A stretch of DNA of 64,000 nt from an uncultured Nitrospina sp. (lineage in GTDB: Bacteria > Nitrospinota > Nitrospinia > Nitrospinales > VA-1), in the NCBI GenBank assembly GCA_964344595.1, contig CAYFNV010000017.1, forward strand, positions 3,660 through 67,659. Reading direction: 5' to 3'. Shown piece after piece: positions 25,803 to 36,662 of the stretch (within the stretch, counting starts at the first letter, position 1; every line of letters begins with the position of its first letter). The notes beneath the pieces are model-generated. The model was not told where the DNA came from. It worked only from the letters and a program-made list of their open reading frames with translations, and ran no database searches. The translations under genes and the position numbers were made by a program.

Positions 25803-27620
25803 ATGTCTGTTCCCTCTCAAAAAATATTTCCGCAAATTCGAGTCCTTTCTGAAGAACTGGCTAACCAGATTGCAGCCGGGGAGGTGGTGGAGCGTCCTGC
25901 CTCAGTAGTCAAGGAGCTTGTCGAAAACTCTATTGATGCCGGAGCAACCCTGATTCGTCTCGATATTGAGGGAGGTGGAAAAAAGAAAATCCGCATTATG
26001 GACAATGGAATGGGTATGTCTCCTGAAGAATGCCGGTTGGCTTTCTCCAGGCATGCGACAAGTAAAATCTCCCGGTTTGAAGACCTTGAAGCCATCCAGT
26101 CATTAGGGTTTCGCGGCGAAGCTCTTCCCAGCATTGCGTCAGTTGCCAAAGTGCGCTGTACTAGTGCCAGAAGCGAAAGTGAAGGTGGCAAGTTGATAGT
26201 TGTAGAAGGTGGCGAAATTATGGAAGAAAAAGAAGTGGCTTGTCCACAAGGAACCACATTGGAAGTGGCACAACTGTTTTATGTAACTCCCGCGCGAAGT
26301 AAATTCTTGAAAGGAGATTCCACCGAATTTTCGCACATCACTCAGGTGGTCACTCAACAGGCGCTGGCAAATCCTCAAATTCAGTTTCTGTTGACTCATA
26401 ATGACCGTGAGGTGGTCAACACATTATCTACTGATCAATTACATTATCGAATTGCGGAGTTGTTTGGGCCCGATCTCGCTAAATCTTTGCTTGAAGTTGA
26501 AGCGCAATCAGGTGACTACCATTTAACGGGGTACGTGTCGAGTCCGGTTTACACCCGTTCCAATCGTAATGCCCAGTATTGTTTTATCAATGGACGTTTT
26601 GTTCGTGACAAAGTAATACTGCACGCGACCCAGCAAGGCTATAGCCATCTATTGCCCAAGGGGCAACATCCTGCTTTGTTCCTCTACCTGACTATGGACC
26701 CCAAATTACTGGATGTGAATGTCCATCCCTCGAAGGCGGAAGTCCGTTTCGCTTTTCAACAGGATGTTCACCAGTTTGTTGCGAATAGTGTTCGTGAGGC
26801 GCTGGAGAAAAACCAGCAGATAGATTTGGCCAAGCGTAATGAAGACGATATTCCACTAGGGGAACCTGAATATTCCCATACACCACGTCAAAGCTATCAG
26901 CCTCCAAAGTGGGTAACGGCTCATTCTGCGGAGGGAGATCTTTCGCAAGCTCTGCGAACAATGCTAAAGCCGGAAGACTCAGATTCTTCACCTCAAGTGA
27001 CCTGGTTTGATAAAGCGCCAACACCAGTAGCTAACCTGATCTATTCAGAGTTTGAGCCGTTAGGCCAGTTAGATAGATCGTTTATAATCATGCAGGGGAA
27101 GCAGGGAATACTGGTTGTTGACCAGCACGTAGCGCATGAAAGAATTCTCTATGAACGGTTTCGCGAAGCTGCTAAAAACCGAAAAGTGGAAGTCCAGAAA
27201 TTGTTGTTTCCTCTTCCCCTGGAACTTTCTCCGGAAGAGACCGAAACGCTCATGCCACACCTTGCTCGATTGCTTGACCTCGGTTTGGAACTGGAGCCGT
27301 TTGGCAAGAATGAGTTCCTCCTCAGGTCTGTTCCGGCGATTCTAAAAAACGGTGACCATGAAAGACTAGTAAGGGAAGCGATAGAAGCCCTGCCACGAGA
27401 GGCGTTTGATGATGTGCTTAATGAAAAATATGTAGATGTGTTGATCATGATGTCATGCAGAAACGCAATCAAAGTCAATCACGCTCTAAACCTGGACCAG
27501 ATCAGGAAATTGATTTCTGATTTGGAACAAACTTCCATGCCCTATACCTGTCCACACGGAAGACCCATATCCCTGCTATTCGATATGGACGACATCCTGA
27601 AAAAATTCCTCAGAAAATAA
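25803..27620 (+). CDS. mutL: DNA mismatch repair protein MutL
   Basis: GHKL ATPase motifs (NQIAAGEVVERPASVVKELVENSIDAG, DNGMGM, GFRGEAL), the central transducer domain, and C-terminal dimerisation (LGQLDRSFII...DQHVAHERILYE). Confidence 0.95.
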   Translation: MSVPSQKIFPQIRVLSEELANQIAAGEVVERPASVVKELVENSIDAGATLIRLDIEGGGKKKIRIMDNGMGMSPEECRLAFSRHATSKISRFEDLEAIQSLGFRGEALPSIASVAKVRCTSARSESEGGKLIVVEGGEIMEEKEVACPQGTTLEVAQLFYVTPARSKFLKGDSTEFSHITQVVTQQALANPQIQFLLTHNDREVVNTLSTDQLHYRIAELFGPDLAKSLLEVEAQSGDYHLTGYVSSPVYTRSNRNAQYCFINGRFVRDKVILHATQQGYSHLLPKGQHPALFLYLTMDPKLLDVNVHPSKAEVRFAFQQDVHQFVANSVREALEKNQQIDLAKRNEDDIPLGEPEYSHTPRQSYQPPKWVTAHSAEGDLSQALRTMLKPEDSDSSPQVTWFDKAPTPVANLIYSEFEPLGQLDRSFIIMQGKQGILVVDQHVAHERILYERFREAAKNRKVEVQKLLFPLPLELSPEETETLMPHLARLLDLGLELEPFGKNEFLLRSVPAILKNGDHERLVREAIEALPREAFDDVLNEKYVDVLIMMSCRNAIKVNHALNLDQIRKLISDLEQTSMPYTCPHGRPISLLFDMDDILKKFLRK

Positions 27621-27803
27621 TCCTCTGGTATAGTCTGCGGATCAATAATGTATCCTGTCAGGAAAAAGGTCATATCATCTTGATATGGTTTTGTTCCCTT
27701 TTATAAAAATACCCATCTTTTGAAGCTGTTAATTTATATTGATTTCGGGTAAATTAGGTGCGTTAACTGAAGAAAAATAAATCATCTGCTAAAGCGAACT
27801 TAA

Positions 27804-28541
27804 ATGCTAAAAAATAAAACCGTCTTAGTTGCCGAAGATGATTCGACTATGCAAATGTTTGTCGCTGGAATATTGAGGCAGGAACTACACTGCAACAATG
27901 TGATTACATGCACTAATGGTATACAGGCTTTGACAGTATTGAAGAACCCGGAACAAAGATCTACCATTGATCTGATTCTTTGCGATTGGGAAATGCCTGG
28001 CACTAATGGAGATGAAATTCTTAGTTTTATCAGGAAGGATAAAGAAATCCGCCACCTTCCCTTTATTATGACAACCTCCCGTTCTTCCAAGGATGACTTG
28101 GTTAAGGTCGCAAAGCTTGGGATCAATAATTACCTTGTTAAACCGTTTTCCGCTGCAGATTTAGTGGAAAGAATCAAAAAGGTAATGGAAACAAAAGATA
28201 GCGCAAAGGTAAAAAAGCGATTTAGCAAGAATACAGCACTTGTTGTTAAGCTTGACTTTAAGGGAGGTGACGAGAAAAGCCAATTTGGGACCTTATATGA
28301 AATTTCCTTCGAAAAGGGTGTGGTTCGTGTGTCAAGAGAAGGTAAAGGTGCCCTTAGCTTATATGATCAGTTCAAACTTCAAATTAAATATGTAGATGAG
28401 ACGATAAACTTGGAAGGTGAAATCCGGTCTTTAAAGCCAGATATTGAAGATGAGTTTTCCCGGGATTTTATGATGGTTGGGTTTAAGATCACGCAGATTG
28501 ATGATTTAAATAAAGACACTTTAAAACTTCTTCTTGGGTGA
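27804..28541 (+). CDS. Response-regulator receiver protein with C-terminal PilZ-like beta domain (degenerate motifs)
   Basis: REC domain (VLVAEDDSTM...LILCDWEMPGTNG...LVKPF). The C-terminal ~110 aa has PilZ-like topology, but RxxxR and DxSxxG are not intact (KKRFSKN, EISFEKG). Confidence 0.65.
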   Translation: MLKNKTVLVAEDDSTMQMFVAGILRQELHCNNVITCTNGIQALTVLKNPEQRSTIDLILCDWEMPGTNGDEILSFIRKDKEIRHLPFIMTTSRSSKDDLVKVAKLGINNYLVKPFSAADLVERIKKVMETKDSAKVKKRFSKNTALVVKLDFKGGDEKSQFGTLYEISFEKGVVRVSREGKGALSLYDQFKLQIKYVDETINLEGEIRSLKPDIEDEFSRDFMMVGFKITQIDDLNKDTLKLLLG

Positions 28542-28581
28542 GCTTTTTGGGAGAAATCTTGCACTGATAATGGAGTCCTTT

Positions 28582-29694
28582 TCAGGAGTCAGCAAATTCC
28601 AGGGCAATGTTTCTAAATTCATCTTCAATATTTAACAGAGCGTCAACCATATCAGGGTCAAAGTGTGATCCTTTTCCATGGGTAATAATTCCGATGGCTT
28701 TATTATGGGGAATAGGAGGTTTGTAAACGCGCTTGCTAATAAGCGCGTCATAAACATCAGCCACTGCCATCAGCCTTCCTGAAAAAGGTATATCTTCCCT
28801 TTTAAGCCCGTCTGGGTAGCCCGAGCCGTCCCATTTTTCCTGATGACTGTGGGCGATTTCCCGTGCATACCTTAGAAACGTGGATTCTCCTCCCAGCATT
28901 TTTTCAGCTGCAATGATTGCATCCCGTCCATAAATGGTATGTTTTTTCATTTCCTCAAATTCATCATTGGTCAACTTACCGGGCTTCATGAGAATGCTGT
29001 CAGGAACTCCCACTTTTCCAATATCGTGCAAAGGTGCGGATTTGTATATTAGCTCTATATTGCCATTGGTTAATTCGGAGCTGAACTTGTCATCTTTTTG
29101 CATCTCTATAGCAAGTGCTCTGATATAGTTTTGAGTTCGCTTGATATGCCCGCCAGTTTCCGGGTCGCGAAATTCAGCAACAACAGCCATGCTGAAGATA
29201 GTGACATCTTGAGTGAGAACCAGTTCCTTGGTGCGTTCTTTTACTTTTTCTTCAAGAATGACATTTTGATTTTCCAAACTTTTCTGCGCCATTTTCAGCA
29301 ATAAATGATTTTTTACTCTCTCTTGCACAATGGGCGGGCTGATAGGTTTAGTTATATAGTCAATCGCTCCCAATTCCAGGCCTTTGGTCTCATTTTCTTC
29401 GCTGGTCATGGCCGTGAGAAAGATGACTGGAATTTCTTTTGTTGCTTCTTCGGATTTAAGCCTTTTGCACACTTCGTAACCGTCCATTTCAGGCATCATT
29501 ATATCCAGTAAAATAAGATCGGGCGGGTTATCTGAATTTGCTATTTGTAGAGCCTTTTTCCCGTTAATGGCCACGCTCCGTTTATAATCGGATAAAACTT
29601 CGATAAGGACATCTATGTTTTCAGGAGTATCATCGACTATCAGAATTCTTTGACTACTCAATAGTTTATCCATTTTGTTTTCCTTGATGCTCAA
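28582..29694 (-). CDS. Response regulator with HD-GYP domain (RpfG-type c-di-GMP phosphodiesterase)
   Basis: REC domain (ILIVDDTPENI...LILLDIMMPEMDG...ITKP), then HD-GYP (LHDIGKVGVPDSIL...HHQEKWDGSGYPDGL). An alternative start is at MDKLL. Confidence 0.9.
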   Translation of the reverse strand: MSIKENKMDKLLSSQRILIVDDTPENIDVLIEVLSDYKRSVAINGKKALQIANSDNPPDLILLDIMMPEMDGYEVCKRLKSEEATKEIPVIFLTAMTSEENETKGLELGAIDYITKPISPPIVQERVKNHLLLKMAQKSLENQNVILEEKVKERTKELVLTQDVTIFSMAVVAEFRDPETGGHIKRTQNYIRALAIEMQKDDKFSSELTNGNIELIYKSAPLHDIGKVGVPDSILMKPGKLTNDEFEEMKKHTIYGRDAIIAAEKMLGGESTFLRYAREIAHSHQEKWDGSGYPDGLKREDIPFSGRLMAVADVYDALISKRVYKPPIPHNKAIGIITHGKGSHFDPDMVDALLNIEDEFRNIALEFADS

Positions 29695-29728
29695 ATCTGC
29701 TATGCTAAAGCTATCAAATGATAGACAG

Positions 29729-32700
29729 CTAAGAATCTTTGTTTAATTTGTCCAGTATTTTTGAAATTCCCTCGTCATCAAACTGACCTGCTAATTTTTT
29801 TAATTCAGCGACAAGTCCTCTGCCACCAGGATCAACGTGCTCTATTTTCTCATAAAACCTGTCAAGCTCCAGCAGCATTCCTCTTTGGAGGTATTCCTTC
29901 ATTTCAATAATGAGAGAAGAGGGAAGTTGTATTTTTAAGTAATCGTTGACTCCCGATTCTGCGTGATCTTTTTCAATCAAAACCTGAAGAGAATCTAGGA
30001 CCAGCTCCAGCTCTTTGTGAAATTCTTTAAATAACTTTGTGGGAATTTTCTTTTTCCCATTGCGCAGTGCTTCTTCCAAGGGTTCAGAAGCTTTTGCTAA
30101 ATCTTTTGCTCCAATCGTAGCGGCAACTCCTTTAATGGTATGTACTAATCTTTGCGCAAGCTTTTTATTGCCTTTTTCTATTGCACTTTGAATATCTGAT
30201 TTTGCGTTTAAATTATTCTGGCAGAATTTAATCAGCATTTTCCGATAGAGATCCTCATTGCCATTGACTCGGGCTAGACCATCTTGAATATCAATTTCAG
30301 GGAGTTCGGGGAATTCGGTTTGAGGTTCATTAACATGTGGCGAATTGGAATTTTTTGTGGGTGGGATCCACTTTATAAGGCTTTTATACAATTCTTTGGG
30401 GTCAATGGGTTTTCCCACATAATCGTTCATTCCTGAGTCCAGACATTTTTCCCGATCACCCTGCATGGCATTGGCAGTCATGGCTATTATTGGAAGATCT
30501 TTGAACCTAACATCTTTTCTGATAGCCTTGGTGGCTTGAAATCCGTCCATTTCCGGCATTTGAATATCCATGAGAACACCATCGAATTGTAATGTGTTGA
30601 CACGATCTACTGCTTTTTTTCCATTGCTTGCCACGGTGACAACCATGCCTACTTCTTCAAGCAGTTCAATGGCAATTTCTTGGTTGATTTCGTTGTCCTC
30701 AACAAGTAAAACTCGTGCGCCTTTGATATTTTTCAAGGCTTTGCTTTCTTGTGAATCCAGTTCTAACTGAAAAGATTTTCTCGGTACCTTTCGCTCAATT
30801 TTTTTCCCAAAGACTTCCATGATGGTTTCAAGCATGACGGAAGTATTCATGGGTTTAACCAGAAATGCATCCAAACCTGCTTTTATTGCCTGGTTTGCTA
30901 CCTCTTCACGACCATAAGCCGTGAGCATGATGATCTTGGGGATATGTTTTAGTTTAGGATGATTCTTGATAATCTCGGATGCCCGGATACCGTTCATCTC
31001 TGGCATTTGCCAGTCCATGATTACAAGGTCAAACGGTTTTTTAGAGTCGGCGGACTCAATCATGGAAATGCATTCGGCCCCGGAAGTTGCCATGGAAACA
31101 TCAAAGGAAAGAGATGACAAAGCGTGGTCCAATACTTCTCGTGCGGATTCATTATCATCCACTATAAGCACATTTTTTCCTCTAAGATCCTCGGAAATAA
31201 TTAATGCGCTTTCTTTTTCACCTTCTTCTTTCTTAAAGTTTGCAGTAAAAAAGAAACTGCTTCCTTTGCCGGGTTCGCTTTCAACCCAGATTTCCCCTTC
31301 CATCATTTCAACAAGTTTTTTACAGATTGTGAGCCCCAGCCCTGTCCCTCCATACTTTCGAGTCGTGGAAGAATCTGCTTGGCTGAAAGATTGAAATAAC
31401 CTACTAATTTGTTCCTCATTGAGTCCAATACCTGTATCCCTTACTTCAAACTTAAGTTGAATCTCATCCCTTTCTTCCTTTAATGATATGATTCGAACAA
31501 TAATCTCACCATGCTCCGTAAACTTCACCGCGTTATTAGTTAAATTTGTCAATATTTGACCTAAGCGTAGCGGATCTCCTATAAGATGGCGTGGAACAGT
31601 TCTACCTACAGAGAATAAAACCTCCAAACCCTTTTCCTGGGCCTTCATGGTAACCAATGTGGCAAGGTGGTCCAGCACTTCATCGAGATGAAAACTGGTT
31701 TTCTCAATGGTCATTTTTCCGGCTTCTATTTTGGAAAAATCAAGGATGTCGTTGATAATGCCGAGCAGGGCCTGGCTCGAAACCTGAATTTTGTCTATGT
31801 AGTTTAGTTGCTTGGATGTCAATTCGGTCTTTTTTACTAAGTGACTCATCCCTATAATTGCATTCATAGGAGTCCTGATTTCATGGCTCATGTTGGCAAG
31901 AAAATCACCTTTAGATTGGTTTGCAAACTCAGCCTCTCTCTGTGCCTGTTCAAGTTCTTTGGTTCTTTCTTCAACTTTCAGTTCAAGGTTTTGTCTTTCT
32001 TCAGCCAATGCCGCTTCAACTTTCTTTTCTTCGGTGATATCACGGCTTGTAGTGGCAATTGCCACAATTTTTTCATCCTCATCTTTCAATAATGAAAAGG
32101 TAAGTAGTACCGGGCTGAGCTTTTGTTTGCGATCCCAGCGTACTCCTTCAATATTGTTGAGAGATTCTCCACGTTTGCATCTTTCCAACAATTCATCTGC
32201 TTGTTTGTGTTTTTCAGGAGGGACCAGGCTTTTAATAGGTTTGGAAAGTAGTTCTTCTCGAGAGTAACCATAGGCCTTTTCAGCAGCTCTGTTTAAATCA
32301 ATAATGATACCATTAGAATCCTCAATAATTATTGGATCCGAAGCATCCTCAAAGACTTTTGCAATCCGGCTTTTTTCCTGGGTAACTTTTAGCATTTCCT
32401 GTAGCCTTAACTGGTTTGCTGCTGTATTCAGGGAAATAGCTACCCCTTCTGCTGTGATCCTGATTAGTTCAAGTTGACGATCTAAAAACTTCTCTATCGA
32501 TCCCAGAACTAGAACTCCCAAAGCTTCATTTTCGTAGATAAGAGGGTATATAAATATGTTTCTTGGTTTTATGACACCAACCCCTGCATTAATTTCCATG
32601 TCGTTGTTTTCAGCATCTATATCCTGCAACAAAATTTCCTTCTGGGACTTTGCAGCTTGCCCCACAAGACCTTCTCCGAAGTTAAAAGATTTGTTGTTTA

Positions 32701-34513
32701 GAATTTTTTCAGTAGAAGCATGGCTACCTGCTAATTGGTAGGAGTTGTCTTTCTTATTCCTCATGTAAAGAGCACAAGTTTGAGCATTCAAGTATTCTGC
32801 TATAAACTCCAGAACACTATTGACCATAGGTTCCAGTTCTTTTTCACTCCTTAATCGGTTTGCCAGTTCTGTTTGTCTGGTTTTGGTCCAATCCCTTTCT
32901 TCGTTTTCCGAAGCAGCTGTGCGGAGCTGTGTGACCATTTTATTAACCGCTAAACTTAACTGGTCTTTTTCGCCCCTCATTTCTGTTTGTTGGTTCAAAT
33001 CTCCATCGGCAACGGCCTCACACACATCTGCAACTTCTTTCGCCGAAACCACCATTTTCTTCATGGACTGGAGCAATTGCCCGGTTTCATCATTGGATTC
33101 GATATCAATTTGAATGGAGGTGTCTCCTTTTGCGAGACTGTCAGAAACCTTAAGAGCCTGGCTCATGGGCTTTGATATGTCACGGGAAATTAAGAATGCC
33201 AGCCACAGTCCCAATGCAATTGCAGATAAGCTGACGGAAAGGACACTAAAATTTGCTTCATCTATGTCCTTCTTCATCCTTTCCTTCTGAATTGTTCTGG
33301 CAGCTACGTTTTCTTCATGAGATTGGCGTGCAACCTCAAGCATGGCTGCTTTGGAACCTTTTTGCGCCTCAATCAGGCTTGCATAGTCATCCAGTTCTTT
33401 TTTGTATTTGGAGATAGAATCTACAACTATGTTGATTTGGGCCAGGTCGAAGGTCAGTTTGAATCGGCTTTTTAAGTTATCGGAAAGATCCAGGATTTCT
33501 TTCAAATTTTTCTGGGCAGACTCATAATCCTTTTGATGATTGCCGATGACAAAGTTCTTCTCATCCTTTCGGGCGTTTAAGAAAAGTTTGATGATCCTGT
33601 TTGCGTCGTCCGCCTTGGTGAGCTTGTCAATAACCTTTTCCTTAGAGCTGGCCATTGCTTGAGCTAGTTGTTTTTTCAAGTCAGTTCTCAATGACTCGAT
33701 TCTATTTTCCGTGCCCTCCAGTAATTGCTGAAACCTTCTTTTATCAATATCTTTCCTGGTTTGCAGGTATCGGGTAAAAGTTTTTTCATAATCTCCATAT
33801 CTTTCTATAATTTCATCCGCAAGCTTAATGTGGTAATCCTGCTGAAACTTCTCTTTCAAACTTTTGGAAAGTGCCATCAGCTCGGCATTCGAATCCTTCC
33901 ATTTTTTGAATATTTTTGGGTCATTTTTTTTGAGTAACTGTTCCTGGTAAACGCTGCCCTTGAAGATTATTTTAAACATCCGGTTTGAGTCGTCTGCCTT
34001 GGCTAATCGGTCATTCAGAAACTCATCCCGGTCAGTCTGAATTTTTTCCAATTGGGTTTTTTGGTCAGAGCGAATGGATTCAGCCTGATTTAAAGCATTT
34101 TGACCAGCTGCTCTCATTTCCTGCAACGCGGTCTTTTTTTGGTTTTCAAGACTCACATAAGATTGAAAGGCATCGTCATATTGGTTGACAATATTTTGGA
34201 CTTTCTCGATTTGCTCAACATTTTCCTTCAGCTGGAAGCGTGGTCGGATGGATTCGATCTGTGCACGGATTTCCTGGATTTTATCGGTGATTTTTTTGGC
34301 ATAAATCGGGTCACCACGAAGAATATAGTTTTTCTCTTCTATTCGGGCTTCAAGGATACCCTTTACAAGGCGGTTAACGTCGTCAGCCATGACAATACGA
34401 GTGTCTAGTTTGTTTACCCCCCGGTATCCAAAAAAACCGACAAGACTAGCAAAGATCAGAATTATTGAAAATGACCCGATCAATTTTGAACGTATCGTCC
34501 AGTCTTTCAACAT
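29729..34513 (-). CDS. Hybrid sensor histidine kinase: TM, ~390-aa helical sensor, TM, HAMP, GAF, PAS, HisKA, HATPase_c, REC, REC, HPt
   Basis: The ATG at 34513 is preceded by GGAGG (the track start at 34534 is less likely). H-box [15 protein letters not shown] boxes ([25 protein letters not shown]), two receivers ([10 protein letters not shown]...DWQMPEMNG; [11 protein letters not shown]...[10 protein letters not shown]) and HPt ([12 protein letters not shown]). Confidence 0.9.
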   Translation of the reverse strand: MLKDWTIRSKLIGSFSIILIFASLVGFFGYRGVNKLDTRIVMADDVNRLVKGILEARIEEKNYILRGDPIYAKKITDKIQEIRAQIESIRPRFQLKENVEQIEKVQNIVNQYDDAFQSYVSLENQKKTALQEMRAAGQNALNQAESIRSDQKTQLEKIQTDRDEFLNDRLAKADDSNRMFKIIFKGSVYQEQLLKKNDPKIFKKWKDSNAELMALSKSLKEKFQQDYHIKLADEIIERYGDYEKTFTRYLQTRKDIDKRRFQQLLEGTENRIESLRTDLKKQLAQAMASSKEKVIDKLTKADDANRIIKLFLNARKDEKNFVIGNHQKDYESAQKNLKEILDLSDNLKSRFKLTFDLAQINIVVDSISKYKKELDDYASLIEAQKGSKAAMLEVARQSHEENVAARTIQKERMKKDIDEANFSVLSVSLSAIALGLWLAFLISRDISKPMSQALKVSDSLAKGDTSIQIDIESNDETGQLLQSMKKMVVSAKEVADVCEAVADGDLNQQTEMRGEKDQLSLAVNKMVTQLRTAASENEERDWTKTRQTELANRLRSEKELEPMVNSVLEFIAEYLNAQTCALYMRNKKDNSYQLAGSHASTEKILNNKSFNFGEGLVGQAAKSQKEILLQDIDAENNDMEINAGVGVIKPRNIFIYPLIYENEALGVLVLGSIEKFLDRQLELIRITAEGVAISLNTAANQLRLQEMLKVTQEKSRIAKVFEDASDPIIIEDSNGIIIDLNRAAEKAYGYSREELLSKPIKSLVPPEKHKQADELLERCKRGESLNNIEGVRWDRKQKLSPVLLTFSLLKDEDEKIVAIATTSRDITEEKKVEAALAEERQNLELKVEERTKELEQAQREAEFANQSKGDFLANMSHEIRTPMNAIIGMSHLVKKTELTSKQLNYIDKIQVSSQALLGIINDILDFSKIEAGKMTIEKTSFHLDEVLDHLATLVTMKAQEKGLEVLFSVGRTVPRHLIGDPLRLGQILTNLTNNAVKFTEHGEIIVRIISLKEERDEIQLKFEVRDTGIGLNEEQISRLFQSFSQADSSTTRKYGGTGLGLTICKKLVEMMEGEIWVESEPGKGSSFFFTANFKKEEGEKESALIISEDLRGKNVLIVDDNESAREVLDHALSSLSFDVSMATSGAECISMIESADSKKPFDLVIMDWQMPEMNGIRASEIIKNHPKLKHIPKIIMLTAYGREEVANQAIKAGLDAFLVKPMNTSVMLETIMEVFGKKIERKVPRKSFQLELDSQESKALKNIKGARVLLVEDNEINQEIAIELLEEVGMVVTVASNGKKAVDRVNTLQFDGVLMDIQMPEMDGFQATKAIRKDVRFKDLPIIAMTANAMQGDREKCLDSGMNDYVGKPIDPKELYKSLIKWIPPTKNSNSPHVNEPQTEFPELPEIDIQDGLARVNGNEDLYRKMLIKFCQNNLNAKSDIQSAIEKGNKKLAQRLVHTIKGVAATIGAKDLAKASEPLEEALRNGKKKIPTKLFKEFHKELELVLDSLQVLIEKDHAESGVNDYLKIQLPSSLIIEMKEYLQRGMLLELDRFYEKIEHVDPGGRGLVAELKKLAGQFDDEGISKILDKLNKDS

Positions 34514-34914
34514 GACCTGCCTCCAACAAAGCAAAACTATATATTCTTTTTTGATGAGGACTTTATTGTGTCACTTTATGTTTACATGGTCAACGAATTA
34601 GATTAACAGTTGCGATTATATCGGAAAGAGGATGGTGGGGTTTTCTTTCCAATGAAAACTGTCTGTTGATTTGCGGGATAGCTATAGAGTAATGAATACT
34701 TTAGGTTCACTTCAAGTGAATGATTCAACAAGCCTTTGCTATACCCAAAAACTGGTCAATCTCTCATCCAGTAAACTCGTTTTATGCAATGCACGCGGGC
34801 TAGTTACTACAGAAAGCATTCAGAGTTTTTGGCCCGCATTATTATATGTTTCAAGCAGGGTAAGTAGATTGTTTAAGAAATGGGATAATGCTGGTGATCA
34901 ATAGCGGAATCAAA

Positions 34915-35466
34915 CTAACCGCGGACAGTGATTTTTTTGATGTTTTTGGCGAGTTTTTTCAACTTTACTGCTGTCTGGGCTTTTTCTAGTTTGCGAGGGA
35001 TTTTTTTTGTGTCTTTCAATCGTGATCTGCGGGAGTTATTGAGCATCCATTCCAGGTCCAGTAGGAACTTTTCCCGGCTGGAAGGATTGGCTTTTCGAAA
35101 CAAGGTAAGCAGTTTTTGCTCATCTTTACTGTTGGTAACCAAGTTGTCTTTCAGAAACCCTTTGAGCATCAAGCGTCCCTCATCAATACCACCACCGATC
35201 ACTTCCGGGGACTTAATAATGGATTGAGGTTTTTCCTGATCGGGAGTGTCTAGATCTTCAGGGTAAATTTTAGTCGTTAACAACCTGTCCAACGAAATGT
35301 TTCCCAGTTTGGCAAGTTTTATCATGACCGAAACCGGAGCGTCTCTTTCCCCAGCTTCATAGCGGACATAGGTTCTAAATCCTATTTCCAAAACCTCTGA
35401 AAGGGCCATCTGGGTACAGTTGAGTTTTTTTCTGAGAGTTTTTAAATTTTCAGCAAGAATTGTCAT
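34915..35466 (-). CDS. XRE-family helix-turn-helix transcriptional regulator
   Basis: N-terminal HTH_3 pattern LKTLRKKLNCTQMALSEVLEIGFRTYVRYEAGERDAPVSVMIKLAKLGNISLDRLL. The C-terminal half is uncharacterised. Confidence 0.75.
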   Translation of the reverse strand: MTILAENLKTLRKKLNCTQMALSEVLEIGFRTYVRYEAGERDAPVSVMIKLAKLGNISLDRLLTTKIYPEDLDTPDQEKPQSIIKSPEVIGGGIDEGRLMLKGFLKDNLVTNSKDEQKLLTLFRKANPSSREKFLLDLEWMLNNSRRSRLKDTKKIPRKLEKAQTAVKLKKLAKNIKKITVRG

Positions 35467-35500
35467 GATTGTTGAACCGGGTAGAAAATCCGGTTAAGAG

Positions 35501-36253
35501 TCAAGCCAGCTCAATACCGTTTTTCCTTAAAAACTTATAAGCCTCATCAATCCAAAAGCGCTCTTTTTCAAGTTTATACTCTGGCAGATCTTTGGAGGAC
35601 CCTACAATACTTTTCATGTAGTCAATGGCTTCTTGTTTCTTGCCTTTTTTATCGAGCAAATTGGCGTAGTGATAATATGCTTTAAAAAAGTGGAAGGAGT
35701 TTATAACTTCACCATAAGTTTCCAGAGCCTTTTCTTCGTTGCCGGATAAGCGGTAGCTTTCTGCCAACCCGAAGATTGCATTGCCATAGTCGTATTTCTT
35801 GTCAATGGCGGTAAGTTTTTCAAGGGCTATGGCGGCTTCCTCATATCTGCCTGAACCATGTAGGCATTTAGCAAGACCATAACGGGCTTCCAACATATCC
35901 GGATCACGTTGAATGGCTTCTTCAAACTGTGGAATGGCTTGGTCGAACTTTCTTTGTTCAACATAAGCCTGCCCAAGTTTTTCATAATGGTAGGCTTTAT
36001 GGTGCTTTCCTATTAATTCTTTGAGTTGGAGTGTTTCCTCTGTCTCCACTTCTTTACGAATCGGAGTAACAGGGGAAGGGAAACCAGCCTTGCCTCCGGC
36101 ACGGTTTTTCACGACAAAGAAATAAGCAAATGCCCCAACAGGAAAAAGAATGATCATAATGATGATCCAGACAAAATGTTCACGGCGTTGGATACAGTCC
36201 AGACACATCCAGACCATGAAACCTGCGGCGGCATATATAAATAAATCGGTCAA
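35501..36253 (-). CDS. Membrane-anchored TPR protein with PLDc_N-like N-terminal TM hairpin
   Basis: Two N-terminal TM helices (WMCLDCIQRREHFVWIIIMIILFPVGAFAYFFV), then TPR repeats (YHYEKLGQAYVEQRKFDQAIPQFEEAIQRDP etc.). Confidence 0.7.
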   Translation of the reverse strand: MTDLFIYAAAGFMVWMCLDCIQRREHFVWIIIMIILFPVGAFAYFFVVKNRAGGKAGFPSPVTPIRKEVETEETLQLKELIGKHHKAYHYEKLGQAYVEQRKFDQAIPQFEEAIQRDPDMLEARYGLAKCLHGSGRYEEAAIALEKLTAIDKKYDYGNAIFGLAESYRLSGNEEKALETYGEVINSFHFFKAYYHYANLLDKKGKKQEAIDYMKSIVGSSKDLPEYKLEKERFWIDEAYKFLRKNGIELA

Positions 36254-36311
36254 GGCAACCTCTTCTAAAAGTACGAGTGGTTCGAGTCTGCAAAGGAAAT
36301 CTTAACACCCG

Positions 36312-36662
36312 CTAGTTTTCGACGATTTTATTATTCTCGTCAAGGAGTACGACTTGGGCATTATGGCTTTCCTGATCAATATCTATCATACCATAAGCCG
36401 CAACGATGATGCGATCATTTATCTGTGCCAGGCGGGCTGCTGCACCGTTAATGGAGAATGTTCCAGACCCGCGTTCAGCAGATATGACATAGGTGACGAA
36501 CCGTCCACCAGTGTTAATGTTGTAAATGTGGACTTGTTCTAGAGGCAATATTCCGACTCTGTCCAACAGGTCTTCGTCAATGGCGATACTACCTTCATAA
36601 TCAATTTCCGTACCTGTTACTTTAGCACGGTGAAGCTTGGATTTAAGCATAATTCTTTGCAT
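36312..36662 (-). CDS. panD: Aspartate 1-decarboxylase
   Basis: MQRIMLKSKLHRAKVTGTEIDYEGSIAIDEDLL contains the G-S self-cleavage site and the canonical N-terminus. The ATG at 36662 overlaps the panC stop (TGATG). Confidence 0.92.
   Translation of the reverse strand: MQRIMLKSKLHRAKVTGTEIDYEGSIAIDEDLLDRVGILPLEQVHIYNINTGGRFVTYVISAERGSGTFSINGAAARLAQINDRIIVAAYGMIDIDQESHNAQVVLLDENNKIVEN

Noticed and set aside
34671-34904. 77-aa plus-strand ORF between the hybrid kinase start and the XRE regulator.
   Set aside because: It has a TTG start without a Shine-Dalgarno and no motif. The region is more simply the promoter/leader of the kinase gene.
36279-36288. GGTTCGAGTC, which resembles a tRNA T-loop, in the short spacer between the TPR gene and panD.
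   Set aside because: The flanking bases do not form a T-stem (AGTGG vs CTGCA). The spacer is only ~58 nt, too short for a tRNA, and no acceptor or anticodon arms can be drawn.
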